A stretch of DNA of 64,000 nucleotides, taken from positions 12,214,001 through 12,278,000 of the forward strand of contig OX597837.1 of the NCBI GenBank assembly GCA_951406725.2. The letters are read 5' to 3'. Under the pieces are notes generated by a model that did no database searches, was not told where the DNA came from, and saw only the letters and a program-made list of their open reading frames with translations. Below, one piece after another: positions 27,335 through 40,588 of the stretch. The DNA comes from Octopus vulgaris (taxonomy: Eukaryota). The position numbers and the translations under genes are program-made. Position 1 is the stretch's first letter. Every line of letters begins with the position of its first letter.

Positions 27335-27616
27335 ACTTTGAACGGTTCCAGCCAGTATAGGCCAATGCCATGTCTAACTCAATGGCACCACTTGGTGAAG
27401 TTTTTTAGTCATATATGGGACTCCATAGCTCACTCTAATAAAGTGTTATTAGTGTTGGAGACATATCCGGGTGCAGGAGGTTGATCCAGGATTCTTTGAA
27501 GAAATTTGTCCTGTGAACATTTGAATTTTATGGGATCCGTTTCTGTTTTGACGTGTTTTGGTATGGACCGGTTGAGGTAAAGTAATTGTGACGTAATGTC
27601 GCTATGTATAACGAAT

Positions 27617-27620
<4 letters not shown>
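27335..27620 (-). mobile_element. 3' end of a CR1/L2-group LINE
   Basis: ..LNRSIPKHVKTETDPIKFKCSQDKFLQRILDQPPAPGYVSNTNNTLLE resembles the ORF2 C-terminal N.LP...FK..LD.FL...DQP..PGY pattern, followed by a short 3' UTR. Confidence 0.65.
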
Positions 27621-27682
<62 letters not shown>

Positions 27683-27683
27683 G

Positions 27684-27814
27684 ATACACACAGATACACA
27701 TATAATTTTAACTGTCTATAGACCGCAGGTGTGGCTTGTGGTAAGAAGTTTGCTTACCACAAGCCACACCTGCGGTCTATAGACAGTTAAAATTATATGT
27801 GTATCTGTGTGTAT
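27684..27814. repeat. Perfect palindrome (62-bp arms, 7-nt loop) comprising a SINE A head plus flank
   Basis: ...gcaggtgtggcttgtggtaag-aagtttg-cttaccacaagccacacctgc... Confidence 0.95.
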
Positions 27815-27920
27815 AAATAGCCACTAATATACATGAACAGATAAATAGATAAGGAGAAAGATAGATGGATAGATAGGTCGATAGATAAATGAATAGATAG
27901 ATGGGTAGAGAGAAATATAT

Positions 27921-28121
27921 ATACCGGAGTAAGCACATAAATGTGAAACAAGGTGGAAAAAAGAGTACTCAAATACCAGTGGTAGAGTAATATGCTTCAT
28001 TTAAAGCAGCAGAAAATTCAACAAAACCTGTTACTCTGAGTTTCTAGCAAAAACTGTCCGACGAACGGCAACGTGAAACTCAGAGTACCAGGTTTTGTTG
28101 AATTTTCTGCTGCTTTAAATA
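27921..28121. mobile_element. PLE-type remnant: inverted pLTR ends plus one-sided tail
   Basis: Arms 27999-28044 and 28075-28121 are inverted; a ~78-bp extension lies on the left arm only. Confidence 0.7.
28054..28091 (+). ncRNA. Minimal type I hammerhead, CCGACGA core variant
   Basis: ctgt-CCGACGA-acg(gcaa)cgt-GAAA-ctcagag-TA-ccag; the inverted arm preserves the pairing base (TA-acag). Confidence 0.7.
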
Positions 28122-28123
28122 AA

Positions 28124-28233
<110 letters not shown>

Positions 28234-28234
28234 C

Positions 28235-28295
<61 letters not shown>

Positions 28296-28764
28296 TGATG
28301 GATGGATAGATAGAGACACACATACACACACAGATCTATCGATAGATAGGTAGATAGCGAGATAGATCGAGCAGTAGATAGATTGCTACAGAAAAATATG
28401 TTTGTTTACGTAATACACGTCAGCATAACAATGGAGCAAGGGAGACAACCAACACAGTTTTTCTCCCCGATTTGTCTTCCAGACACACGCGGTGTTCTCG
28501 TATGTGTGAGACTTAGTCTGCTTCGTAAACGGGCACATCCGACAATTTAAATCATAATGCGATAGCTTGGACAAGTGTCACCACTCTGGTTTTAAGTTGA
28601 CAAATACTTGCATTCATTTGAGCTTCACCAGCATATACAGACCCCTACATAGGAACACATTGCACCCACAAGCACGCAACAACGAGCATATTACAAACAC
28701 GAACACACCCGCATACATTCATCAAAACACTATAATTATGTATGTATGTATATATATATATATG

Positions 28765-28822
<58 letters not shown>

Positions 28823-28946
28823 CGTGTGTGTGTATATATATATATATACTAGACTTACGAAGAAGTCATGAGGTCGATTTGCTCGACTGAAAGCGGTGCT
28901 CCAGCATGGCCGCAGTCAAATGACTGAAACAAATACAAGGATAAAA

Positions 28947-28987
<41 letters not shown>

Positions 28988-29198
28988 GAGAGAGAGAGAG
29001 AGAGAGGGAGTGAGAGAGATACATATGCACACGCGCGAGCACACGGCAGTAACAATTGTTTGAGAGTTGTCTCCCTTGATGTCTCCGGCAACAAAATCTT
29101 CCAAGCCAACGTCATTCAGCCTTATGTGAAGGAATTAAAAAGACACTTTCGGTTCACCATCAATTGTATTGTAACCTGAACTTAACTATATACGTGCA

Positions 29199-29239
<41 letters not shown>

Positions 29240-29290
29240 TCATATACACATATACATACGTCACACAATATATATACACAGTATGTACAC

Positions 29291-29328
<38 letters not shown>

Positions 29329-29344
29329 TTTATTTTATAGAAGG

Positions 29345-29395
29345 AGCTTCTACAGGACTAGAACTGTTTCATTCAAATGAAATCATCAGGAAGCT
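29345..29395 (-). ncRNA. Type I hammerhead in the Naiad 3' pLTR
   Basis: agcttc-CTGATGA-tttcatttgaat-GAAA-cag(ttctagtc)ctg-TA-gaagct. Confidence 0.85.
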
Positions 29396-30439
29396 TTGTG
29401 TCAAGAATAGTTTTGGCATTTATACATTTAGGCAGATTTAAAGGGGTGGTGGTGGGGGACTTTTTGGGGTAGGTAGGGCACAAACTGTCTTTCTTAGGGG
29501 AGTGGTCGAAAGAATCAGTGATAAAGTAGGTAAATGAATAAATAGAATAACAGAATAGAGTTTTAGGTAAATAAGAAGACTATATGCAAGCACACGCACA
29601 CACATATCTACACACATATATATAAAAAGAATATATACACCCATACACACACACACTCATATATATACATACACATACACACACACACATATATATATAT
29701 ACATATATATACATATGTGTATACATGCACACATATACACACACATTTCCTACCTTATTTTATTTTAATTTTTATTTTGACCTCGACCTACCCACCCGCC
29801 GACACACATTTAGTGGCGCTGAAGTAGACCCTCCCGAGGGAGCTAGCCGGCCTAAAAGAAAACCGTTTGTTGCCCCTCTCCCTTCCTTTCTATCTCTCTT
29901 CCCACGGATACGAACACAAACACTCACACACACACACACACACTCCACGCACACACACACTCACACGCACACTCATACACATACACAAATGCACATGTTC
30001 TATGTATACACATACATATACACACACAAGTACCCATACTCATACATACATAAGTGTACCCACTTTCACATAAACGTACACATAACTATGTACACACAAA
30101 ACCACATATATAAACTTACTTCAGTACACATAAACACACATGAACATCTGCCCGCATATATAAACGCATATGCCTATATACAGACATTTGTGCATATAAA
30201 CATACATACGCATATATACGCATCCATACGCCTATAAATACATATATGCACACATGCACGCATACACGTGTACATAAAAGCATACCTACATATACATACC
30301 TACACACACATATATATATATATACATACATGCACGTATATACACATACGTACACGTACATACAAATACATATCTACACACATACACATACATACATCTA
30401 TACACATACAGAAATCTACAATTCTATATATATACACAC

Positions 30440-30479
<40 letters not shown>

Positions 30480-30711
30480 CACACACACATACACACACAC
30501 ATACACATACATATATACTTACACCAATCATATACATATACATACACATATATATCTTACACCAATATATATACATACCATATCTACGCACATGTACGCA
30601 CACATATCTATCTACATATATATCTATACATATACATACATATATATAAATACATACACATACATATACACACATATCCCCATATATATATACATCCATA
30701 TATATACATAC

Positions 30712-30744
<33 letters not shown>

Positions 30745-30869
30745 CATATACACACATATATACACATAAATACACATACATACACATATATATATATACA
30801 TATACATACACACACATATACATACATACACCCACACAGAGGTATACAAGCATATACACACATATCTAT

Positions 30870-30930
<61 letters not shown>

Positions 30931-31342
30931 TATATACACACGAACACACACATATACACATATCTACACATATATACACCAATACACATACGCATACATA
31001 AATATATACATATGTATATACACATGCATACACATACACACACACACGCGCATCTATATATACATAAATACATACAGGCATACATACATATACGCGTACA
31101 TGTACACATACATACAGATACATACATATAAATATACACATATATATATATATATGCACACATACATATACATACATATACACATATATATACATACATA
31201 CATATACATAAAACACACAAGCGTACATATATATATATATCCATACACACATATACACACATATATGTACACATATAAAGATATATACATATGTAAATAC
31301 ACGTACACACATACATACGCATATTCATAATTACACCCATAC

Positions 31343-31399
<57 letters not shown>

Positions 31400-31654
31400 C
31401 ACCCATAAACATATACACAAGCATATACCTACACGTAAATATATACCCGTATACACACACACTCATACACTAGTACATACACACACATATATGTACACAC
31501 ATATGCACATATACACATTTACATATACACACATACATATACATACATACATACATACATACACATACATATATATCCATAAATACATCTATGTACATAT
31601 ACATACACATACATCTACACACACATACACATACACATATATATACATACACAC

Positions 31655-31687
<33 letters not shown>

Positions 31688-31935
31688 CACATACATATAT
31701 ATACACATGCAAAAGCATGTACACATATACACAAGCATACGTATGCACGCCTTCACATACACATGTACATACACTTTTGCACATACACTCACATACAAAT
31801 ACGTATATGCACTCGTATACATATATGTACGCACACGCACATATGCCAACATCCATATATATGTGAGTAGTCTTAGGAGAGAAGGTAATTGGGGGTGCTG
31901 AAGGGATGGTGGGGGGTTTTGTGGGTGGGGTGTCG

Positions 31936-32942
31936 TCAATCGGGTTGCCGGGTGGGTCTGTAGTTTTTGTAGTTTGCATAAATTTTGTGCATCCAGTTTG
32001 GGAAGTGTTCCGAAATCTTGTTAAGGAGAGGGCCTTTGGCGAACAAGATCTCCAGGCTCTCAGAAATGCAAAGGTCACAGCAGGTATGGCCTCCTGTGTA
32101 CGAACGCGCCCTCTGTAGTAGTCTCCACTTGATCTTGAAGGGGATGGAGTTCCTTTTAAGGTACCAGATGTGGGCGGCGAGAGTAGTCTGGTTAGATTTG
32201 TCAGGTCGCCGGAACAAGTGTGTGTGGGCGTACCAGCGAGTCTTAAAGCTATTTGACGTCATTCCGATGTACGATTTTCTTTTATCATCGGGGCCTGATC
32301 GTACCTCGCATATGTAGACGAGGTCCTTCTGTAGGCAGTTGTTGTTGAGAGGGCAAGTGGTTTTATCAGGGCAGTTGAAATTGCTTTCGGATGTTGGATG
32401 GGCTTCGGAAAAAGTAGATTTATTAAGTTTTTTTACGTTATTGTTGGCTAGGTTCCTGGCTAGATTGGGTGTGGTGGAGTAGGAGAGTCTAATGGTGTTC
32501 TTATTAAGGATTGTATAGTACTTATGTTTGGGTGGGGAAGTGTTTTTTGTAGGAGAGTGAAGAAAATTTTAGCTACAGGTGTTGCGACTTCACGGTTAAA
32601 GGGGGGGGGTTGTACCAGCTAATGTGTCTTCGCCTATTTTTCCTGGGTTGGCGTGGAGCTATGCTAATGTAGGTGATCTTATCTTTAAAGCCACTGCGGG
32701 CCAGGGCCTCGTTGTAATAGGGGGCTGCGGCATTAAAGATATCTTCGGTAGCGGACAGGCTAGATATTCTAATTGAGACACTTTTCATTAGGTTGTCTAA
32801 TATATTTTTGGGGTGGTTAGAATTAATGTCTATATATCTAAGGGATTCATTTGGTTTATGGTACGGGTAATAAAGGGAGGTATTTAAGTCGAGGGTAACG
32901 TCAAGGAAGTTAGCTTTGGTTAAGTTCGAATCTAAGGTAATC
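31936..32942 (-). pseudogene. Naiad-type PLE polyprotein fragment: RT C-terminus/thumb, Cys-rich linker, GIY-YIG endonuclease
   Basis: NFLDVTLDL..YYPYHKPN..SNHP..ISWYNPP..LSYSTTPN..NCPDKTTCPLNNNCLQKDLVY..YIGMTSNSFKTRWYAH..CDLCISE..LLNK; frameshifts at 32535-32610. Confidence 0.9.
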
Positions 32943-33226
32943 CTGTATGTGTATGTATATATATGAGTGTGTGTGTTTATGGGTGTGTATATTCTTTTTA
33001 TATATATGTGTGTAGATATGTGCGTTCGTGTGCTTGCATATAGTCTTCTTATTTACCTAAAACTCTATTCTATTATTCTATTTATTCATTTATCTACTTT
33101 ATCACTGATTCTTTTGACCACTCCCCTAAGAAAGACTGTTTGCGCCATGCCTACCCCAAAAGTCCCCCACCACCACCCCTTTAAATCTGCCTAAATGTAT
33201 AAATGCCAAAACTATTCTTGACACAA

Positions 33227-33277
33227 AGCTTCCTGATGATTTCATTTGAATGAAACAGTTCTAGTCCTGTAGAAGCT
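33227..33277 (+). ncRNA. Type I hammerhead in the inverted 5' pLTR
   Basis: Identical to the 29345-29395 motif, on the opposite strand. Confidence 0.85.
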
Positions 33278-33373
33278 CCTTCTATAAAATAAATTAATTT
33301 ACTCTGCTATGTATTGAGTACCTTATTTACTGTGGTTTACCCCGACTCAGCCCGGGACCTACATATATATATG

Positions 33374-33445
<72 letters not shown>

Positions 33446-33527
33446 ACATATATATACATATATATATATATTATATACATATGTACACAAACACGTATAT
33501 ATGTATGTATATATATACATGTATATA

Positions 33528-33573
<46 letters not shown>

Positions 33574-33653
33574 CACACACACAAATATATGTAAAGGTAT
33601 ATATATATATATATATATATACACACGTACATATATATGTAAAGGTATATATA

Positions 33654-34040
33654 TCTCTCTATATATAAACGGCAGTTTGTCTGTGCGTGTTTCTGTGTGT
33701 CTGTTTTCTCGTACCCTCACCCTGACCACGGCTTTCAACCGATTCTGATGAAACTTGACACACACATAGCCCAATGTCATAATTCAAAACTAACGCAGCG
33801 AAAATTTTGAAAAGTTCCCCCAGTTCTGAAAAAAATCGATAAATTCGACATGGGGTCGAGAATAAAAAAAAACAAACCACAGACTGTCTAGGGGACGCAA
33901 CTCAACCTTTTTTTACTCCCAAAAAACAATTTACCATAATTTTTTTTCAATTTTTTTGCTATTTTTTGGCTATAACTCTCTAAAGATGCTTTATAGTTAT
34001 TTCCCTTACAAACCTGAGCAACGCCGGGCGATACTGCTAG
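33654..34040 (+). mobile_element. Non-autonomous Helitron
   Basis: A|TC start, hairpin cctgagcaacgccggg, CTAG|T end; 3' end shared with 21256-21553. Confidence 0.85.
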
Positions 34041-34469
34041 TATATATATATATATATATATACACTCGCACATGCACACTCACATAAGTACACATACATA
34101 ATACATGCATTCATGCACGCAGCAGCACTTGCTGACACACACATGAACGCATGCATACATACACACACACACACGTTCATACACTTGTTTGTCCCGCTTC
34201 GATAAGAAGGGACTTGTATGTAGTCGCTCGACTTGTAAATCGCAGAAACCACAGCCAAATCTCCCTCAAATGACAATCTTCTCCTTTCATACCATATCTA
34301 GTAACACATTGACTGTTATAGGGACGGGGTCCCTTAACGAGGCGCCTCTGTGTGTGTGTGTGTGGGGGGGGGGTGTCGATTGAAGCATTGAGTGGCACTC
34401 CGTCGGTTACGACGACCACCGTTCCAGTTGACCATGTGATCAACGGAACAGTCTGCTCTTGAGATTAAC

Positions 34470-34770
34470 CCCGGAAGGATGAAAGGCAAAGTCGACCTCG
34501 GCGGAATTTGAACTCTGAACGTAGCGGCAGACGAAATACCTATTTCTTTACTACCCACAAGGGGGCTAAACACAGAGGGGACAAACAATGACAAACGGAT
34601 TAAGTCGATTACATCGACCCCAGTGCGTAACTGGTACTTATTTAATCGACCCCGATAGGATGAAAGGCAAAGTCGATATCGGCGGAATTTGAACTCAGAA
34701 CGTAGCGGCAGACGAAATACCGCTAAGCATGTCGCCCGGCGAGCTACCGTTTCTGCCAGTTCGCCGCCTT
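34470..34770 (-). mobile_element. SINE family B partial dimer
   Basis: Junction at 34539/34540; abuts a family C tail fragment (~34390-34468). Confidence 0.9.
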
Positions 34771-34953
34771 TTCCCCAACCAAAATATTCCCCCCGCACTG
34801 TCAGAGGACACTGCTCTAAATCAGCGCTTTTTTTTCATTCATGACCCCATTTTTCATCCGAGATTTTTCGCCACCCCAGGGGTAAAATATAAAATAAAAC
34901 ATATAAATAAATACATAAATCATTAATATTTTTTTTTGCTGAACAATATATAT

Positions 34954-35170
34954 TCTTTTACTCTTTTACTCTTTTACTTGTTTCAGTCATTTGACTGCGG
35001 CCATGCTGGAGCACCGCCTTTAGTCGTGCAAATCGACCCCTTATTCTTTGTAAGCCCAGTACTTATTCTATCAGTCTCTTTTGCCGAACCGCTGAGTAAC
35101 GGGGACGTAAACACACCAGCATTGGTTGTCAAGCAAACACAGACACACAAACATATACACACACATACAT

Positions 35171-35213
<43 letters not shown>

Positions 35214-35380
35214 TACGACAGGCTCCTTTCAGTTTCCGTCTACCAAATCCACTCACAAGGCATTGGTCGGCCCGGGGCTATAGCAGAAGACACTTGCCCA
35301 AGATGCCACGCAGTGGGACTGAACCCGGAGCCATGTGGTTGGTAAAGCAAGCTACTTACCTAACAGCCACTCCTGCGCCT
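34954..35380 (-). mobile_element. SINE family A, full length
   Basis: Head, internal microsatellite and (gagtaaaa)n tail are all present. Confidence 0.92.
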
Positions 35381-35382
35381 AT

Positions 35383-35469
<87 letters not shown>

Positions 35470-35552
35470 GGTCCCGGGTTGATTCGGGGTTAACCACAGT
35501 AAATAAGGTACTCAATACATAGCAGAGTAAAATTAATTTATTATATAGAAGG

Positions 35553-35603
35553 AGCTTCTACAGGACTAGAACTGTTTCATTCAAGAGAAATCTTCAGGAA
35601 GCT
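35553..35603 (-). ncRNA. Type I hammerhead
   Basis: agcttc-CTGAAGA-tttctcttgaat-GAAA-cag(ttctagtc)ctg-TA-gaagct. Confidence 0.85.
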
Positions 35604-35867
35604 AGTTAACAAGAATTGTATTGGCATTTATACATTTAGGCAGGTTTAAAGGGGTGTTGGTGGGGGACTTTTTTGGGGGTAGGCATAGCGCAAAATATCA
35701 TACTTGGGGGAGTGGTCAAGGAGTCAGTGTTAAATTAGATAGAAGAATAAATAAAAAAATTAAAAAATTAAAAAATATATAAAAAAAATAAAAAAAGGGG
35801 AATAGAGTTTTAGGTAAATAAGGAGATTCTCACTTATACCTATGCACACATGTATACATACATACAC

Positions 35868-35908
<41 letters not shown>

Positions 35909-36613
35909 TAGATGTATGTATGTATATATGTATATATGTGTGTATGCATATGTATGTGTATATGTATGTGTGTATGTATGTGTATGTATGTATAAAATAT
36001 TATATAATTAGGGCTTAGTAAAATAAATTACTTTGCCACATACTGAACTTTCTAGAAATAGCAGCCAATAAAGTTTTTTAGCCTCTTCCACTACTTAGAG
36101 AATATTTTCCCTCAGACACTGTTTACTCATAAAAATAATGGTCCTTTTACATACTGAATACTTGGTGAAATTGATTAATAACTAATTAACTTTACCCTCA
36201 ATTGTTGATATATGTATGTGTGTGTATATATATGTGTGTGTATGTGTATATGTACATGTATGTATATGTGTATGTATATACAAATTGTAGATGTGTGTAT
36301 ATATATATGTATGTGTATATATGCGTGTATATGGGTATATGTATATGTGTGTGTATATGTATATATATGTATATATATATATATGTATGTATATATATAT
36401 ATATATATATATGTGTATGTGTATGTGTATGTATGTATATGTGTATGTGTGTGTGTGTGTATACATGTGTGTATGTGTATGTATGTATGTATATATATGC
36501 GTGTGTATTTGTATGTGTATATGTACATATACGCGTACGCTCGTGTGTTTATGTATATGTAGGTACGTGGAGTTATCTATGTGTGTATTTATATGTACAT
36601 GTGTGTAGGTATG

Positions 36614-36657
<44 letters not shown>

Positions 36658-36696
36658 TATATGTATGTATGTATGTGTATATATATGTGTATATAT

Positions 36697-36763
<67 letters not shown>

Positions 36764-37165
36764 AAGTTTATATGTATGTATCCGTCTATATAATAGGTAA
36801 CTGCACGTACATATACTTAATATTTATTATTTATTTTTTGAGTATGCATGTATGAATAACTGCGCGTATATATATTTTACTATTTACTTATTTTTTGAGT
36901 ATGCATGTAAGTATGAATATAAGGAGGCGCGTGTGCGTGTGTGTATGTGTAAGCATAGATATATGTATACTTTTACGCATGGGTGTACTTATGTGTATAT
37001 ATGGATGCGCGCGTGTGTGTGTGTGTGTGTATGGGTACGCATGTACATGTGTATGTGCGTGTATGAGTATATGAGTATGTATGTATGTGTGTGCGTATAT
37101 TTGTATATGTATGTATGTATATGTATGTGTGTGTATGAATGTATATGTATGTATGTGTGTGTATA

Positions 37166-37208
<43 letters not shown>

Positions 37209-37433
37209 GTGTATATGTGTATATGCGCGTATATATATGTATGTATGTGGGTGTGTGTATGTGTATAAATGTATGTATGTATGGATGTATGGATGTACGT
37301 ATGTATGTATACGTATGTATGTGTATGTGTGTATATGTATGTATGTGTATGTGTGTGTATATATATGTATATGTGAGTGTATGCGTATGTGTGTGTATAT
37401 ATGTATATGTATATATGCGTATATATATGTGAA

Positions 37434-37476
<43 letters not shown>

Positions 37477-38531
37477 ATTTGTATGTAGGTGTATATGTAT
37501 GTGTGTGTATTTATATTTATTGGTGTATATATATAGACTAGCCTTTTAAGAGTGTAGACATGAATCTGTAGGTACGCGTACGTATGTGTATATACGTGAA
37601 TGTATGTAGATGTATGTATGTATGAATATAACGCGTGCGTGCGTGTATGTGTATGAGTGTACGAATGAGTGAGTGTACGAGCTAAAGAGTGTGCGTGAGT
37701 GAATGAGTGCTTGTTTTCCAGTAGACAGATAAATGGACTGGCTGTCATAGCCAAGATGTTTGTGACCAAGCGGCCAAAGATAACAAAAGTAATAAACGAA
37801 GATAATAAAACTAAAATTAGGGAATGGGTCTGTATTTGTATGTGTATATATATGTGTGTGTGTGTAGGTATGCATAGGTACACATATGTGTATATATATG
37901 TGTATATATATATATACATGTATGTATATGTATGTGTGTGTGTGTGTATATGTGTGTGTATGTGTATATAGGGACTAGTGTGCTGTGTGTGCATGTGTGT
38001 GTGTGGATATATGTGTGTGTATGCGTGTATGTGAGTATGTGTGTGTATGTGTATATATATTTTTCTGTGCGTATATGTGTGTGGTCGTGTGTGTATATAT
38101 ACATGTGTGTATACGTGTAAGCATGTGAGTGTGTGTATGTATACATATATGTGTATGTGTAGATATGTATATGTATGTGTAAGTGTATATATATGTATAT
38201 ATATGTGTGTGTATGTATGTGTGTATGTATATGTATATATGTTTGTATGTGTGTGTATGTATGTATACATGTGTGCATAGGTATAAGTGAGAATCTCCTT
38301 ATTTACCTAAAACTCTATTCCCCTTTTTTTATATATAGATTTTTTTATTTTTTTATATATTTTTTAATTTTTTAATTTTTTTATTTATTCTTCTATCTAA
38401 TTTAACACTGACTCCTTGACCACTCCCCCAAGTATGATATTTTGCGCTATGCCTACCCCCAAAAAAGTCCCCCACCAACACCCCTTTAAACCTGCCTAAA
38501 TGTATAAATGCCAATACAATTCTTGTTAACT

Positions 38532-38582
38532 AGCTTCCTGAAGATTTCTCTTGAATGAAACAGTTCTAGTCCTGTAGAAGCT
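38532..38582 (+). ncRNA. Type I hammerhead
   Basis: Same motif as 35553-35603, followed by aataaa. Confidence 0.85.
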
Positions 38583-38595
38583 CCTTCTATATAAT

Positions 38596-38638
<43 letters not shown>

Positions 38639-39066
38639 TATATATATAAAAAAAAGGTAGTTATATCATTTGTCAAAATAAAAGCAAAATTAGGATTCGC
38701 GCGTTTGTGAAAGAACACAAAAACTGAAATTCAAGTGAATGAATTGAATTTTCGTGACCCGAGCCTTTCGCTTTATTGTTGAAGAAGCGCTGCCCTAAAT
38801 CAATTGTATTCTGCAGACACGAACGAATTTCCCGGTTTTAAAAGTGCAAAATATTCTTACAACAAAACCTGTCCACATAACTCACGTCTTTCTCACTCTC
38901 TCTCTCTCTCTCTCTGTTTCACCATTCTCTCTCTTTTGCTCTCTCGTTCTATCTCTTCCTTTTTATTTCGCTCTCTCTCTCTCTCTATCGACTTTTTCTC
39001 CGTCCCCTTTATCTCACACACTCTCTATTTCACCTTTCTCTCTTTTTCCTTCATTCTGTCTCTTCG

Positions 39067-39100
<34 letters not shown>

Positions 39101-39334
39101 CTCTCTCTTCTCTCTCTCTCTCTCTCTCTGCTCTTTTTCCTCCAATCACTCTTCCTGTATTTCTCTTCCTTTTAGTCTTTCTCACTACTTCTCCCCCTCC
39201 CCTCTTCATCTCTCATTATCTTTCTCTGTTCGCCATTTTTTTTTGAAATTTCTCTCTCTTATTCAGTTTTTCTTTCAATCTCTCTCTGAATGCTTCTCCT
39301 TCTTTGTTCTCCTTCCTTCCTTCCTTCCTTCTTT

Positions 39335-39376
<42 letters not shown>

Positions 39377-39996
39377 CTCTCTCTCTCTAACTCTCTCTCT
39401 CTAACTCTCTCTCCTTCGTTCAACGTCTCTCTCTTTCTCTATTCCCTTCTTTCTTAATTCACTCACTTCTGCTCTTTTCTCTCTCTCTCTCTCTCTCTCT
39501 CTCGTACATACATTCACACACTGTCTTTCTCTTTCACTCACTCTCTCTCTCCCTCTCTCTCCCTCTTTCACACAGTCTTCTCTGTTCCACATTTTGACAC
39601 TTCCTTTTTTCCTCTTTCTCAAGTCTTATCACACTTCTCAAGTATTTACTCTTCTGTAACCTGTGAACAACAACAACAACATCAATATCAACATCAGCAT
39701 CAAACATCAACATCAGCATCAACATCAACATCAACAGCAGCAACAACAACAACGTATTGTGATCCTTCTTAAAACATCTCCTGATCTGCGTGCCAACTGC
39801 AACTGAAGGGAAAAATAAACAACACAAAGAATTGAAAAACACACACACACACACACACACACACATTCAGCACAGACACACACACACACACGCACAGATA
39901 TTTACGACTGTCAGACGGTCAGACCGTCATTTTTATACAGATGTTTTTTGTTAAATATTGTTATTGTTTTTGTTGGATAAAATTTGTTGAAAAAAC

Positions 39997-40028
39997 AAAA
40001 GCCGCAATAATTATGCACCAACCCAATA
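39997..40028. mobile_element. Solo mariner TIR
   Basis: Reverse complement tattgggttggtgcataattattgcggctttt resembles Hsmar1/MADE1-type TIRs. Confidence 0.7.
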
Positions 40029-40148
40029 TGTGTGTGTATGCGTGTGTGTGTACGTGTGTGTGTGTGTGTGTGTGTGTGTATGCGTGTGTGTGTACGTGTG
40101 TGTGTGTGTATGCGTGTGTGTGTACGTGTGTGTGTGTGTGTGTGTGTA

Positions 40149-40186
<38 letters not shown>

Positions 40187-40395
40187 CGTGTGTGTGTACG
40201 TGTGTGTGTGTGTGTACGTATGTGTGTGTGTATGCGTGTGTGTGTACGTGTGTGTGCATGCGTGTGTTTGTGTGTATGCGTGTGTGTATGCGTGTGTGTG
40301 TACGTGTGTGTGTGTGTGTCTGTGTGTGTGTGTGTATGTGTGTGTATGCGTGTGTGTGTACGTGTGTGTGTGTGTGTATGTGTGTGTGTGTGTGT

Positions 40396-40427
<32 letters not shown>

Positions 40428-40588
40428 ATGCGTGTGTGTGTACGTGTGTGTGTGTGTATGCGTGTGTGTGTGTGTGTATGCGTGTGTGTATGCGTGTGTG
40501 TGTACGTGTGTGTGTCTGTGTGTGTGTGTGTATGTATGTGTATGCGTGTGTGTGTACATGTGTGTATGTACGTTTGTGTGTGTGTGTT
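40029..40588. repeat. (GT)n array with a higher-order tatgcgtgtgtgtgtacgtg unit
   Basis: Recurrent atgc/tacg interruptions in a GT tract. Confidence 0.9.

Larger units (their letters stand above)
29327..33362 (-). mobile_element. 5'-truncated Penelope-like retroelement (Naiad-type) with inverted pseudo-LTRs
   Basis: pLTR 29330-29679 (-), ~2-kb simple-repeat-like 3' region, ORF fragment 31936-32942, and inverted pLTR 32944-33294 (+) with a ~68-bp tail. Confidence 0.9.
35467..38600 (+). mobile_element. ORF-less PLE copy related to the Naiad, with inverted pLTRs
   Basis: Inverted pLTR plus tail at 35467-35870, TG/TA-rich interior, pLTR 38250-38600; the pLTR is clearly homologous to 32944-33362. 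Confidence 0.85.

Noticed and set aside
29780-29855. Minus-strand ggccggc...gtcggc resembling HDV ribozyme P1
   Set aside because: No matching P3/L3 or J4/2 elements could be placed.
33740-33760. ctgatgaaac
   Set aside because: Internal Helitron sequence with no stem II or stem I.
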